Under the pieces are notes generated by a model. That model searched no databases and had not been told where the DNA came from. It saw only the letters and a list, made by a program, of their open reading frames with translations. Positions 37,590 to 49,801 of a stretch of DNA of 64,000 nucleotides are shown here, in pieces; the first letter of the stretch is position 1, and each line of letters begins with the position of its first letter. Where the stretch lies: NCBI GenBank assembly GCA_001179505.1, contig CDMY01000989.1, forward strand, positions 164,310 to 228,309, written 5' to 3'. The position numbers and the translations under genes were made by a program. Origin of the DNA: Vitrella brassicaformis CCMP3155. Its lineage: Eukaryota > Protista > Chromerida.

Positions 37590-40500
37590 TCACTTGACTG
37601 CGCTCTGTCCCAGGCCATCCATGTGGGGCTCTCCCTCCCCCTGCTGCTGTTGATGCAGGTCCTGAGTTTTCTTCCTCTTGAGTTCGTCCCTGGCCGATTG
37701 GACTACACGCTGAATCTCTGGCAGCGCCTGCCCACTCTCTTCCAGCAGCTCCAGGATCGATGTGTGCCGCCGGTCACTCACACGGACACTCTGCACGGAC
37801 AACACACAACACCTCATGGCATGTATGTTTCGGGGTGGGTGAATGAGCCCTTGAAGCTTACGTGCACGAGGTTAGCGAATCGTATCTTAGCCCGGATGAC
37901 CTTGAGCTTCTGTCTCGACACGTGCCTGCGCCAGTTGGTTTGTATGTTGATGATGGACACCAGATGGGCGCTGCGGTAGCGGGAGATGGTGCCGCACACC
38001 ATGGACACCTTTTTGCCCAACTCGACCCTCAACCATTCCCCTAGGGACGCCGGGACGGGCGTCTGCAGACTGTCAGACCAAGCAAATCAATGCGGAAACA
38101 AAGACACACACTTGTGTGAGCCATTTGCGTGTGCGCGCATCGGGCGATCTGTGTGCATACCAGCTGTCAGCCATTGCTTGTATGGTGTGGTAAAAAGAGG
38201 CCACATTGCCGTCGCCAATCATCTGCACGTTCAGCCTCTTGAAGAACGCCAGAACGTTGTCGCGCTGCCTGTGCTGCCCTGGCCCGTATCTGAACAGAGG
38301 GTCGCCCTTCCTGCGCAGTCCCATCGGCGCCGGCGTGGCCAGAATGAACAGCAGCACCTTGTCAAAAGGAAGCGCCATCGTGTAGTGCTTGTCCAGACAG
38401 AACCACAGATCCTTCAGACGTGCCAGGTCCTGCCTCCTCAGCTGGAGAGAGAGATGCCCGGCAGACGCCACACCACTGTTTGCGTAGGTGAAAGCCTCCA
38501 TCATGATGGCGATGAACAAATTGGTCATGAGGAAGGTGACGCAGAGGACAAACGCCACACCAACACGGATGCCACCACTGGATTCCCTCCTCTAATACAG
38601 TCCCACATCACCACTTGCCAGTCCTCACCTGAGTGACATTCACCGAAATGTACGCAGAGAGAGACCAAAGTGTCGTGGCACTTTTCCTGCGTCTGTGGGC
38701 TTGCGTTCTACCGCTGCCAATCTAAGTGAGCACCAGGAGGGACCTCTGAGATGTAAAGAACACAGCACGAACAAGGCATCGAGCGTCTGCCACACGAGGA
38801 ACAACATGCCTGAAAATTGGAGAAATTGAACTTCTCGTCGATGAAGTCGCCATCTCGGATACTCCCGAACATATTCATGGCCGAGATGGCGGCCGCACAG
38901 TATATCTGCATAGTGACACACGATCGAGCCGCACGCACCATCACATACGCCTTCCTCTCTGTATGGGCTCTGCGTACGCACCAGGAAGATCAACAGGGCG
39001 AAATTGCCCACACTGGGCAGCACCAAGAGCAAGGCGCTGAGGATGGATCGGACTGAACGAAGGAATGCCAACCTGACACAAGACAGAGACAGAAAGGAGG
39101 CAGTCTCTGGCTCATGAGTGCACTGCGATGTGCGTGTCTCACTCACTCTCCGAGAAAAGTAATGATCCTCAAACAGCAGAACGCGCCCAAACATCTGAAG
39201 TAATACGGCACGCCGAACTGCTCCAGCTGAATGCCGACGTAGCAAAGCAAGGCAAGGATCACGCACAGTTTCTCCGACCTGAAATGGAAACATATGACAC
39301 AGCATTCCACACAACTACATCACAAAGTGAGATGCGTATTCTTTAGTTGACGGACGCTGGTCTGAAGAAGGCTTTGGTGCCAGCGGAAGACCACTTGAGG
39401 GCAATCTCTACGAAGTAAATGACCGTAAAGAGGTAGTGCAGCCTGAACTGCTGCTCGGTAGTGCCTTCCTCCTGCCCCAGGTGAAAAGACGATAGCACAC
39501 TGATGTGGACGGTCACTAGTACGGCCATGAAGGCGCCGAAAGCATCGGAGAAGACGTATCGGCCCCACCATGCCACAGAGCCCAAGAGCACATCTCGCCA
39601 CTTGTCTTCATTGGGCATGAGCAGATGTTCCATTGTTTTGTACCACCGTCGCTGCTTCACCGTCATCAGGACGCGAAGCCGGTCTGATCGAAAAACACAC
39701 AGACAGAGACAGTTTTGCCGAGAGGAGACACGCATCGCCGTGAGTGTCCTCACTTCTGTGCGCTCTTTTTTCCCTTTGAGCTTGGTATTGGTCGATCATG
39801 ACGGAGGCAAGGAGGTTGAGGACGATAAAAACCCCAAGCCAAATGAATAGCACAAAGAATAGGCTGGCAAACGGATTCGCCTCATGTTTGGGGCCCTTGT
39901 TGTAGCCTTCGATATCGATGGCACGGTACATGATGTCCGTCCAGGACTCAAGAAAGGCCACCTGCCACACACACCACAGGCACAAAGCTACGCACATCTC
40001 TTCACAACTCACCATACCTCAAACATCGCAGATGCTGCCCCGAAAAACGAATTAAAGTTGGGCCAGTGGTGCACCCACTCGCCTCCATATCTCTCACATT
40101 GATCTTTGTCCACCAGATCGTCGGGTGTGAGGCCCTCTAGGGGATTTGTCGGCGTAAAATCGTCGCCCAAAAGAGACAAGAGACCTTTGTCGCTCACGCC
40201 AATTGCACACTCGCCAAAACGGCCTGCAGACGCGGCGCAAGAGAAGTGGTGTGCTTCATTTGTTGTGCAGCGAATTGGCTGACCAATAAAGAAATGAAGA
40301 CCCAGCAATATGAACAGAAGGTACCTGCAAGGGGTCAATAATGCGAAATATCACACCATATTCTGCTATTGACACCATGCTTACGTCATAAGCACCAGTA
40401 GCAAAATATTCCCCGTTTTTCTTAAGCTTATCAGCACACACGATGTTGCTTTGCGGAGTCCATCCAGGTGTCGAATCATGCGGAAAGGCCGCATGCCCCT

Positions 40501-43500
40501 TGCGCCCACGACAACGTGTGCCTGTGTGTGTGCAGCCATCAAGCCCCGCACCCAATGTCTCTGTTTGCACCGGTTCTGTACTTATGCGTACAAATCTGAG
40601 CCAGCCAAGGCCAATCTTCTCTTGCATCGCCGATATTTCCTCGGCCGCCACATCGTGGCTGCTGTCTGCGAAGATGGACGCAGTAGGAACGATAGCGAAT
40701 GTGACATAGTAACATGTGATCAAATCCACCCAGGCTGCAGAAATGGTGCCCAGAATGTTGAAATAGAAAGAGTGCCTGGCCCTCATCATCGAGCTCACCG
40801 ATGAGGGTCATGACGGCGTCAAAAATGTTGAAGCCAGAACGGAAATAGCTGTCGGGCTCTTTCCACATCCCGTAGATCCATACTTTGACGCCGATGTCCA
40901 CGGTAAAGAAGGGAACGAACAGTGTATCTGCGGCTGCATATAGGTACTGCATGCAACCATATATAAGAATACGGGCCCTCATTGTACGAGAAGATATGAT
41001 CGCTTAGTTTTTTCTACACGCACCTGCATGGCCCAAAGAGCGAAGAAGCCCTCACTATGGTTGGCGTCAGAGGCAGCTACGATGACGTGAAGCAGCAGCG
41101 TAATGTAATATAAACGCCAGTACCACCTGCTGCTAACTAACATTCTCGCCTTCTGCCTTCTTCTTTGGGGTGCATCGCCAGCACTCTCACTGACGGCCGT
41201 CTGCAATGAAATCACTGCAGGCTGGTTATTGGCTGAGCCACTCCATGGTTTCGCCTCCTCCTTCATCCCAGTATCATCAATCGACATGGCGGCCTCAGCG
41301 GGCAGGCCGTACAGTGAGGCACCGTTTCTGTTGCTCCGTCTCGGCGGCCTGGTGGTTGTATGGACTGAGATGCCAAGCGATGCAGCAGGGGCCGAGGGAT
41401 ATTTCCCAAGATCTTTGTCTGTGCAGCTTTTGAGCCGTTTGATTTGCCGGAGAGTAAGCGGATCCCAGTAGAGAAGAGTCTGGAAGCGGCTCGGTATGCC
41501 CGTCTCGGTCTTCTTACCGCCGGTTAGCTCGTTTTCCGTCTCTATGGATTCTTTTGCCGGTATCGTGCCCGCTGTCCGACGCGCATAATAGTGCTCAATC
41601 AGGATGGCGAGGAAGATGTAAAGTAAGAGCCAGTTGTTGAACGCGAGAAGAAAAACAAAGTACAAGACAGCGGCAGACCCGCGGGCTGCAATCGCCTCGT
41701 ACATGATCTCGGGCCAGTCCTCTTCAGTGAGGACTTGAAATACCGTGAGAAAGGAGAAACCAGTGGTGTTGAAGTGGCTGCGGACAGATGGGGAGAACAT
41801 CTGATGAAGGGGTCATAAGATGAGAGACACACACAGAAGTGAGACTCACAGGAACTGACTTCTGTGCATATCATTCAGCTGTCCCCGCTCCATGCTTACG
41901 TTTCGAAAGAGCGCCGTTCCAAGGACTCCACTGCATACAAGATTCAACACCATCTATGGGTGGATGGGAGGGGGCATAGACACGCAATAAGACACTCTAG
42001 GGATGTAGGTATAAATGTGTCCGTTGCCCACCACCACAATCAATGCCGCAAGACCCTTGAGAGCCGCCCCCAGGTCGGTGAGGAGGTCTTTTAGGGCGCT
42101 AAGCCTTCGAAAATTCTCCAGGAGCCAATAATACACCCGAAGGATTCGAAATACTCCCATCGGTCGATAAACCCCAATCGGAATCACGAGGAGGACATCC
42201 AATTTATCCACCCAAGGCCTCTTGAAGATTGTCAGCCTCAGCGCACTGAGCCGCATCAGTGTGACGAAATAAAACTCGAGCTCAGCAAAGGACACGACTT
42301 CCTCCAGCGATTCTATGAAGCTTCGAGGCTGCTCATAATTATAGATGCCCAGGCAGATGACGTGGGCAAATGCAGAAGCGATGTCGAGGGCCTCAAAGAT
42401 GGGATGGCTGATGAGTGCAAAGAGAAAGCGACGGAATCCAGAATAGGACCACGCTCTGGCATCGAGCAGGGCAAGACGAAATCTGGCAATATCGATTATA
42501 TCCTCAAGTATTTTCAGCCGGGTCCTAAGGCGCTCGTAATCTCCCTCTGTCCGAGCTGTTGAGTGCCAGATGAACGATGCCCATTTTCTGTGTCACACCG
42601 GACATGATGGTGCGCGTGAAACAAACCTGAAACAAAGTCGCGATTAAGGTGACTTTGTATCCCCTCCAACTGGCCGCGAAGCTCCTCGTTCGATTTCTCG
42701 GCGATGTCACGTCGAGCCGCATCAAGCCTGCATGCAGATTCGGATCATGGGGGCCGGCGTCGGCAAAATATACGAAACTTACTTTGTTTGAAGCCTAATG
42801 CCCTCAACGACGTCGTCGTCAGGGGAGTGTCCCTTAAGTGTCTGTGTCTGCAGCAAAACGAGATATGCATCCATTCATGGCATTACTACCAGGCTGACAC
42901 AGGACAGAGAAGCTGTGTCTCATTGTGCCTTACGTTGCTGCTGCTCAGGAGTGCAAAAGCGTCGATGCTCTTCTCTCTCTGGCGTGTTGCAATCTTGTCA
43001 GTTTTTGCCACTGGCTCCTTATTGAAAATCCCAAAAAATGCCGGTTTACGCCTCCCGTCTGTGTCTCGTAAGCGAGCCAGCTCTCGTTGGACGAGCTCTT
43101 CTCGCAGCTTGTGATTTCTTTTCGCCTCGTGGATCATCGCCCGATTATTCTCAGCATAGGTGACAAAGACAGTCGCCGCAATCGAGGTGATTATGAAGAA
43201 GAAAGCTGCGCGAGACATGACAGCGACAAGGTTTTCGACACAGCAGCCTCTGTGTCCGTACCGATGAGGTAGAGCGGGATGAAATATAGGTAGATGGCAG
43301 GGTTGCCTGCACCGTCCTCGTACCATTGAAGGATATCTCTCCAGTTCTCCAAGCTTATAAAAACGAACAGAGTCAGCCACGCATCGGCTTGAATATGAAG
43401 ACGAATTATCCCCGACACAAGACAGAAATAGAAAGGATGCAGTGTCTGTCTTGTGTGTCTTGTCATTTCGTAAGAAAGAGCCCGACCTATTTGGTCCATT

Positions 43501-46500
43501 CCAATCAATCCTCCGTTGGGATTGATCCCGTACCACATGCAGCGCTAAGAACAACACATAGCAAGGCAGCAGAGGCTGAGATCTGGACTTCACACGTCGC
43601 TTTTCATACCTGTGTAGCTTCACAGCTGCTGCGTCGGATGGCCGACATCTTACCAGAGCACACGTGCTCCACATCCCATGTCGCTGTCGTTACATTGTTG
43701 GCAAATGCTGGCACACCGCCTCGCGTCGTGATCCCTAGCTGTACAAATTTACTTGCACCACCGCCTGTCTCCTCTTCTCCTGTGACTGTAACATTGCTGA
43801 GCCGATTCACAAGAATGCTGCTGATGCGATGCTGTAACGCCTCAAAGGACGTGACGAACCCAAGCAGGGCCATCTGAATCTCGGCAAGGACGCCAGACAG
43901 AGGGAAAAACCAAACGAAAGACGCCGTAGTCGACGCGAGTCTCCTCTCTGAAAACACAGAGAATGCTGCACCCGCCCTGAGCAGCTTGAAGAGGTCCTTC
44001 TCGTGGACTGGTGTGAGGAACTTCCTAAATCCTGGCGATGACGCTCCTCCGTAGGTGGACAGGTGTCCACCTACAGAAACTGTCTGGTTGTGGAAGAGAG
44101 TGACGCTTGTCCTCAGCCGCCACATGCGAGACGTCTCGTAGGGTAGAGGTGAGGAGGATCCTGCTGAAGAAGAGTCGCAGTAGTCTCGCGCGTTGAAAAC
44201 GAACCATGACTGGGCGATCTCTTCAGACAGCTGTTTAGCAGCGGAATGCTGATCGAACGCATGCAGCTGCGCCACAGCACGGACGACGAAGAAGGGTGTG
44301 GTGGTGAGATTATTACATAGCTGCTGAGTCCCCGCCCTGGACATCGTTTGGTTCATCGGCGTCGCCCGTCTCAGCATTTCGGCTGGTGTATGGAGCTCAA
44401 AACTCACCTCCGCCCACAGCCCCACTGCCAAAGAGACAAGATGAAGAAGACGGAGATGCTTTCGTAGACACGAATGCATCTGTGTAGGTACTTTGCAGCG
44501 GAGGAAAGGACGTTGTCCCCCGCAGATCGTCCATGTGAGGCGGCGCTTCGTGCTCGACGAAGAAACGAGACATTGGAGAGGGAAGTTGCTCTGTCTCGGT
44601 TCCATTGTAGGCAAACATTCTCCCTCTCGACAGCCAGATGCCAGCGTTAAGCGTCGCAAACTGGTCAAGGGACTGAGGGTAATAGAAAGAAGCTTCAGCA
44701 GCGATGTCGGCAGCTGCTTGCTCGGCAGCGAGGAATGGATCGGGAAATCGAATGTTGTTCAGGAAAGAAGAAGACTCCCGGAGAAACATCATCACCTCAG
44801 ACGTGTTGGTTTCCTCATTCTTGACAGGTCCCTTCATGCGGACTCGCCCTTTTCCAGTCAATGTCTCGTTTGCTGCGTCCGTTATGGCGCAAAGCATCTC
44901 AAAGAGCGAAAAGTCTGGCGCCATCTGCAGTGATCGCCAAACGAAGTCGTCTGAAGCGAAAAAAGGTATTGGAAATGTTGGAAAGGTGAACGGAAATGAC
45001 ACAATTGCCGACCAGCGATCTCGGAGTCCCTGTCGACAACGGTGGTCCACTCGCCGTCTTCAACAGTCACTCGAATAGGAGGCAAGTCAAATATGGCTGG
45101 GAAGTTGATGGTGCCAAGAGGGGTAAAACCGTTGGGTGTCAACTCATAGCTAGTCGTTGCCTTGCACCTGCAGCAAGACACCAAAGAAGGTAGCGCGCGT
45201 CGCTGATTCCATTGCCCTTGAGCATATATATCATTTATGTTCCTCTAATACGCGTCAGTCTCACCTGTGCAACAAGAGTCCGCTGAACATGTGGATGCCT
45301 ATGATCCTGAGGGCGTAGATGACGAAGAGTGGACGTTGTGAACAAATATTGGACATCTTTTCATACCCAAATACGACGAACATCATGAGGGAGAGAAGAA
45401 GGACTTTCCACAGTTGTGCTGTAGAGGTTCCAACACAAGCCACAATCATCCGCGTATGAGGGATGTAGATAGAGAGCATGAAAGGTCGCCAGTTGAGCAG
45501 CACACGAAAACTCATCCACACGGGGGAAAGCCTATCGACATCAACAAACACCAGCTCACTTATTGTCTCAAGCGTGCCGTACATTCAATTGCTCACGTAC
45601 ATAAGGATCGTCCGCCAGAGGGCGTCATGGCTTTCATCTGTGTCAGCTGCTCTCTCTTTCCAGTCCATGAGGCTCATGCGATGCAAGTCCTCTCCCTCCA
45701 GAGATAGTCTCGAGGCGAAATTGTACACGATGCATGCCAGCACCAACTCAACGACGGAGACAAGGTACGCGGCAAAGAACGGCATCTCGTCTGCTCTGCG
45801 AAAAAAGCCTCCCTTTTCGCCCAGAAGGCCGAGGCTGACAACCTCGAGACATATCTTGACGGTGAGAAAGAAGAGGAAGATCGCGTTGATGGCAAAGCGC
45901 CTTTGGAGGTCGAATGGGTTTTGGGTGAGGACACACAGAAGATCCAGGGCGAAGCACGACAAAATGAAGAAATCCCTAGGGACACGACAGCAAAGGAAAA
46001 CAGACACTACGAGCAATAGAGCAACAGCCAAGAAAGTTTTTTTCTTCTTCTTCTTCACCACCAGCGAGCGATGAGCACTTTGAAGCACCTGAGGAAACAG
46101 AAGGAGCTGCAGGTGTGGAAAAAATGACCTTTGGCCAGCTTACCATTGCCTCGCTTTGTCCGTCATTTTCAAGCCAAACACCGAGGCGAGCTCAATCTGT
46201 GAGTCCCCTGGTGATTTGTCACTGAAAATGTCTGAGAAACCGGCGGCCGTCCTGCGCTTTGCCCGGAGATTCATGATAGCGGGACGGCGGTTTTGAGGAG
46301 TGGTTGACTTTTTCAGCCTTCTGGCCGTCCCAACGCGTGAGCGCCGCTTCAACCGCCTTTGCGCGGACCTCAGCTGATGAGAGGTAGAAAAATCATCCAT
46401 CGACGAAAACAGGACAAGACATATTACCTTGTTGTGCGTACCAGCTCTTTTTGGTAGTCATAGGCCGCGGCGGCTAGTTGATCGATTAGTCGACTAAGGC

Positions 46501-49180
46501 CCTGGTTCTTCGTGTTGACCGATGTCAACACTTCATGACACCCTCGTGCATGCTTGATCAACGCCAGAGTGTCCTGTGCAGCCAGCTCAGCCTGGGTAGC
46601 CTTGCCCGTCGAAAGGCTACCCACCTTGACCGTGCGGCGAAGGGCCGTCATCTTCCTGATCCTATCTGCCAGCCCGCTGATGGCCTTGTTCTTCATGTCT
46701 CCAGATGTGTTTGTCGTCCTCCTCGATTCTCCCCGCTTCGATGGAGCCGCACTCGATGACACGTCAACCATATAGTTGCTCACCCTCTGCTGGCTCTGCT
46801 TGGGGAACAGATGACCGCTGAACCAGCCCCGTATCATCGAACTGAGTCTCTTTCCAATCTCCCGCACCGAGCCTCTGACGCCTGTAGGAATCGATGCTCT
46901 TTGAGTTGCTGAGTTCTCATGAGCAGCTGGCAGAGACACAGGTGGCTGGCTTGGCGGCTGTAGCTGCTGAAGTCGTTGTGCGTCTCCGAAGGGAATGGGA
47001 GAAGAGCGGATGTACATGTATCTGTGCTGTCTTGTTAAGGCTGATACTCTTCTTGTCCTCGAGACCTTCACATGCGGGCCATCAATGTCAATCACGACCT
47101 CAGAAATGATACGTCTCTTTCTCTTCTTGCGGGGTAGAGTGAGGTTGAGCTCGTCTTCGGCAGGATCCTTTGTGAAATGATGATACTTGTGAGCGGCATA
47201 CTCTGCATAGCCGTTGCTGTCATCGTCCTCACTTTCGTCAGACCCCTCAGTGCAGCTGCCGTCGTCCTGCGACTCATCGTTTGGTATGGGGATCTCCAGC
47301 CATAGCTCCCCAACTGAAGCATCCTCGTCCTCACTGTGAGTTGTCGGCGGCTTGGCCATATGCATGATCTCTGCCAGCCTCATCTCAGGAGTGCGGCCTC
47401 GTGGTTATTCGTAGTCTGCTTGACGCCCTGCAGTGGGTGACTCTTCACTGCCCGTCTCTTCACTGCCCGAATAATATTGGTAGTCAGAAGAGGACTCGAA
47501 CGTGAAGTTTTCATAGGAAGGCGGCCGTCGATCTTGGGGCGGGAGGCGGGTGGTTAAGACCGGCCTGTCCTCGCCTGTCGGTGTGCGAGGGCTGAAGCTC
47601 TCCGACTGCTCGTCGTGCTCATCCTCTGATTCTTCTTCCTTCTCGATCAGATTTGCTGCCAAAGAGGGAAATTGAGAGGGGGTCGTCAGGGTCAAGCGTG
47701 CCGAGATCTGCTTGGCGGAGCTGCGTCTTGTGTCTTGTGAAGCGGCCGGGAAGAAGATGGAAGGCGACAACGGGCGTATTGTTTCTTGTGCAGCGCCTGC
47801 AGTGCTTCTCCGCTTCGTGGTTGGCTGCTGGGGTCTCTCAAACTGAATGGACGATCCCTGCGACGAGCGTCTCGCTGCCGAGACACGCCCACGCGCCTTC
47901 ACCAGGACAGGAGAGCCATCCGCGGGGCTCGACACCGGCTGGGTCTCGTCCACGGAATACGAATATGCCACCAGCTGATGCTGCCGTCTCCGCCAGCCTT
48001 GATACTCTCGGGTGAGACAGAACGAGTCAACGTCGCAAGGGAAACGGCGACTCTCAAGGTGCACGTGCTGTGGCAAGACGGACCCCCTCCGCCTCGGTTG
48101 CTCGACAGTCAGCAGGAACGCAAAGGGAGATTGGCTGTCTTGCTGCTCTCCCATTGCCAGGCGCATCAGGTCGACGTCGAAGATGAAAAACGGCAGATTG
48201 CCATGAAAGGGGCGAGGCCCGCCGAAGAGCCTGTCATGCCGCTTCCTGGCCTTGTATCGAAGCACCTCACCAAGCTGCACCCACAGCTCTAGAATGGCAT
48301 AGAGCCTTCGATATGCAGCCCCGTAAAGCGCCGTCACCATCACAGGCAAATCGGGGGCTGCAGGCAGGGTGCTCGACTGAGAGTTACTGGGCGGAGAGGC
48401 GATTTGGAAGGCGAAGAGGACGGCGATGGGCCGGTGCATGCGAGTGAAAGGGAAGGCACCGATATACTCACGGGAATGAAGATCCAGCTGTACAAGGAAT
48501 GACAGCATATGTGGCTTTTTGTGGCATGTGCATTTTCATCGATATGTGTCGTACCGCCCATGTAGCTTGATTGGACATTGTGCTGAGAAACTCAAGGAGT
48601 GTCGGCCCAACCAAGGGCACAGCAACCAGACAGAACAGCCATGGAGCGCACAACGGCACCACGAGGGGCATGGCCAGGAGAGAAAGGATAGATGGGGAAA
48701 GCGGCGGCTCAGAATCTGGGTTGGGATACGCTGCAGTGGCAGCTGCCAACTCGGCATCGATGGCAGCATCGCCTGGAGCGCCGTTCAGCCACTGCAGATT
48801 CAGTGCAGAAGCATCCAACCCAAGCAGATCTGTCTGTCAAGATCTGTCTGCCATACCAAGTACTGCAGATGCAGTGCGAACTCCTCCTCATCCAGGCAGC
48901 CGCTGTGTCGCTCGAGAAAGGGTCCCACTCCGCTCGAGAATGTATCGCAGAAGAGATCCTTGTCCAGCACGTGTCGGGCAAACACGAAGCAGAAGGCCCT
49001 GTCTTCAACCACAGATGGGCGAAGCACAGGCGCCGCCGTCCGCACATCAGCTGTGCCTGACAGCCGCGCAAAGAAATGCATCAACACACAGATGTAAGAT
49101 GTGTGTATGGCTCCATAACTGCCTGCTTGTACCTTCTTCGAGGGACGAATCCTCATCGCCTTCTCTATCTGCCGCAGGTC
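37590..49180 (-). CDS. Four-domain (4x6TM) voltage-gated Ca2+-channel-like alpha subunit with very large extensions; contains two in-frame stops, so it may be a pseudogene or null allele
   Basis: P-loops: ISLENW (I, ~43345), LTEEDW (II, ~41720), AFLESW (III, ~39945), GSGEDW (IV, ~38620). S6 segments: LLLYIFLAILIE, LNLLASVMID, MTNLFIAIMME. C-terminal IQ-like IINIQTNWRRH. The 5' limit is uncertain (49180 up to ~49450). Confidence 0.85.
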
Positions 49181-49801
49181 CCCTCGCACGGCTCTCCATC
49201 TCCCGCAGGTTCCAGGAACCCATCATGACCACAAATTCAACGTCTCAAATGATTCTCCCTAGTATGTTTGGAGTACTAGTATCTTCGACCGCCAGCCAAA
49301 CATGAGGGTCTGCTGTGCGACAGGGAGGCACAGCACGCCGAACGGGCCAAACCGACGTTCTTCTGATGGTATCTTATGGGGGGCTTGTGGGGGCCCGACG
49401 ATCTCCGAGTCTCGTGTGAGCACCTCGTGAGCCTCGAGCAAGTGAGTTGAAGTCGATATATGGATGCGAATTCTTCCATTCACCCATTCATTCATTCATT
49501 CATTGATTCCATCACTCAACATGCATGCAATGCCATGCATCATGCACAAGTTAGCAGGAACCGTCTGTGGGTGGCTGAGATCTCACCACCCACTTTCTTT
49601 CTGTACACTCACCCATCCACCCGCCCAACCGCGCGCACACACGCACGCCAAGCTGCTACCAGACACCGCCACTCGGCTAGTCAACAACCATTTCCCCACT
49701 GGTCGGTTGGCCGGTCGGCCGTCGGTCGATCTCCCCTCTGTCTGATCTGTCTCTCCATGCATCTGTCATGTCTGTCTGTCTGTCTGTCTGTCTGTAGCTA
49801 G

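Noticed and set aside
44397-44425. A 25-nt intron or frameshift within the channel insert
   Set aside because: An ordinary ~67-nt intron (gtacct..ttggcag, ~44497-44430) joins the two frames in phase.
9615-47407. Ciliate-like TAR-to-Gln genetic code
   Set aside because: TAG is the natural terminator of AP2A, HEATR3, the PILS-like gene and UPF0696 in this same window, so global reassignment is not supported.
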